Source: an uncultured Clostridia bacterium (lineage in GTDB: Bacteria > Bacillota > Clostridia > Christensenellales > UBA1242). From it: 64,000 nucleotides of DNA. Location of the stretch: assembly GCA_934778205.1 (NCBI GenBank), contig CAKVOD010000003.1, positions 109,890 to 173,889 on the forward strand. The letters are read 5' to 3'. Position numbers and translations under genes: made by a program. Of this stretch, positions 62,616-64,000 are shown in pieces; position 1 is the first letter of the stretch, and each line of letters starts with the position of its first letter. The notes beneath the pieces were generated by a model. The model made no database searches, was not told the origin of the DNA, and was given only the letters and a program-made list of their open reading frames with translations.

Positions 62616-64000
62616 ATGGAAATCGCTACAATAGTCACAATTGCTCTCAACGCGCTGTTTGCGTTGTGCATAATTCTAGGCTTTCTGTGGGGGCTAAAAC
62701 GCGGATTAAAGAGTTCGGCAATGCGCATCGGTTTCATTGCTGGTTGCTTGATACTCGCGTTCTTCATAGCAATGCCTGTGACAAGTTCAATTACCAATAT
62801 GGACATATCATCTATTTATACTTACACTGACCCTAATGGTATTGTTCACAAGACGCCGAGCGACATTATTGCAAATGCTGTTGCTAATATTTCGCCCGAT
62901 GTCAAGGAAGCATATGACAATAGTGAAAGTTTGAGGGCGCTCATTGATGCTTTGCCTCAAATGATTATTCAAAGCATTGTCTTTGTAATTCTTTTCTGGT
63001 TATTAAAACTCATCACTTGGCCAATTTTTGCAATTATTGCAAAAACATTATGGGGCGAGAAAAAACAAAAGAAGTCTAAGGAACAACAGCCAAAAACTGT
63101 GCAAAGTGGCAGGGTTATTGAAAACGGCAACACGCGACCTACACCTAAAAAGAAAGTGAAAAAATATAGGTGGGCAGGTGCTACTATTGGCACTTTGCAA
63201 GGACTTTTGATTGCGTTCTTTACCCTACTACCTGTGGCGGGGTTCTCAAGCATCGTCAAAAATATTGACAAGCAAGCGAGCGTATCGGCAGAAACTACCA
63301 ACACGAATAATGACAACGACCTCAAACCGCTTGGACAAATGTTGCGCGAAAATCTTGGAGATGACCCTGTCAACGCGCTCATTGCGTACGACAAAACTGC
63401 GCTCGGCGTGATTTGTGGGTGGACGGGCATTGATGGCGTGGCATTTGATATACAAACTTCCGCTAAGATCAATGGAAAGACGACAAATTTGCGAAAAGAA
63501 GTCAATGCGCTAAGCAACGCTTACAATGAAGCGTCAAAAATCAAGAGTTTTGACCTTTCAAAAATGGATTTTGACACGGTTCAAAAATTGTTTGACTATT
63601 TGATTTCGTCCCCAAGCCTTTCAAGCATTGCGGACGAATTGATGCCTTATTATATTAACAAGACTATCAAAGAATCCAACGACATTGACCCAACGCTAAA
63701 AGAACTTTTGACGATGTATGTTGACGCATACGGCACGCCAAAGATTGACGAACTTCGCGACGACATTGGACACATTTGCACGGCGTTGAAGATTATCCAA
63801 AGCAACGACATTTTTGCTTATGTTGAAAATGCTAATCCGTTTGATTTTTATGAATTTGTGAAAATTATCGAAGCCAACGACGAAAAGAACCCGTTGCGCG
63901 ACATATTCGCTGAGGTTACGCAGTCGACAACAACTCAAAAGATTTTCCAAACATTCATAAATTATGGTTTGAAATCGCTTGGAGATGAAGTTTCAAAGGC
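62616..64000 (+). CDS. Large membrane protein with a CvpA-like N-terminus (open at the right window edge)
   Basis: Absent from the track because there is no stop inside the window. AAGGAG (62604-62609) precedes ATG 62616. Manual translation gives MEIATIVTIALNALFALCIILGFLWGLKRGLKSSAMRIGFIAGCLILAFFIAMPV..., which continues without a stop to 64000. The G..RG....(R)......L.AFF.A pattern resembles CvpA. Confidence 0.6.
   Translation, partial: MEIATIVTIALNALFALCIILGFLWGLKRGLKSSAMRIGFIAGCLILAFFIAMPVTSSITNMDISSIYTYTDPNGIVHKTPSDIIANAVANISPDVKEAYDNSESLRALIDALPQMIIQSIVFVILFWLLKLITWPIFAIIAKTLWGEKKQKKSKEQQPKTVQSGRVIENGNTRPTPKKKVKKYRWAGATIGTLQGLLIAFFTLLPVAGFSSIVKNIDKQASVSAETTNTNNDNDLKPLGQMLRENLGDDPVNALIAYDKTALGVICGWTGIDGVAFDIQTSAKINGKTTNLRKEVNALSNAYNEASKIKSFDLSKMDFDTVQKLFDYLISSPSLSSIADELMPYYINKTIKESNDIDPTLKELLTMYVDAYGTPKIDELRDDIGHICTALKIIQSNDIFAYVENANPFDFYEFVKIIEANDEKNPLRDIFAEVTQSTTTQKIFQTFINYGLKSLGDEVSK

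Noticed and set aside
62486-63517. Minus-strand ORFs 62486-62806 and 62969-63517.
   Set aside because: They are antisense to a long plus-strand frame that has a strong RBS (AAGGAG) and ATG at 62616, has membrane-protein character, and stays open to the window end.
1-64000. Search for tRNA, rRNA, tmRNA, RNase P, SRP RNA, IS elements and prophage genes.
   Set aside because: By eye I found no cloverleaf-like GC-rich 70-90-nt segments with a GGTTCGAAT-type T-loop, no rRNA-like stretches, and no transposase, integrase or phage structural ORFs. tRNAscan-SE, Infernal and ISEScan would be the definitive checks.

Overview
Low-GC Bacillota (Clostridia-like, apparently spore-forming) chromosomal segment, transcribed almost entirely on the minus strand. 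Contents, left to right:
- argS (5' part, cut by the window edge), serS, tex.
- A visibly more AT-rich McrBC restriction island (mcrC, mcrB) bounded by hairpins.
- An ASCH-domain gene, a membrane protein and deoC.
- Two tandem M16 peptidases.
- The complete S10-spc-alpha ribosomal cluster: rpsJ at 28409 down to rplQ at 11925, 33 genes including secY, two adk copies, map, a KOW protein, infA, rpmJ and rpoA.
- A tightly coupled three-gene operon of unknown function, then a sufC/sufD-like pair.
- A two-gene operon whose second gene is a 3066-codon membrane-anchored repeat protein.
- A DUF362/ferredoxin gene, then a smaller surface-protein paralogue preceded by a C12/G12 homopolymer.
- alaS-ileS, a divergent M1 metallopeptidase, and spoIIR.
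- dinB embedded in a field of ~97-bp repeats, with a LexA box at its promoter.
- dnaI and dnaB (DnaD-type), then a SpoIIM-like membrane protein.
- A surface-protein gene split by an in-frame TAA, glmM, and a CvpA-like membrane protein running off the right edge.

I recognised no rRNA, tRNA, CRISPR array, transposase or integrase.

Most noteworthy:
- The giant modular surface-protein operon.
- The repeat field around dinB.
- The homopolymer with a decayed 5' end, and the in-frame stop, in the paralogous surface-protein genes.
- A short GC-rich element conserved in two 3' intergenic regions.
- Tandem divergent adk genes.
- Several atypical translation-apparatus proteins: Cys4 uL24, tailed uS5/uL30, long bL17, IleRS with a non-canonical HIGH motif, and AlaRS without C-Ala.
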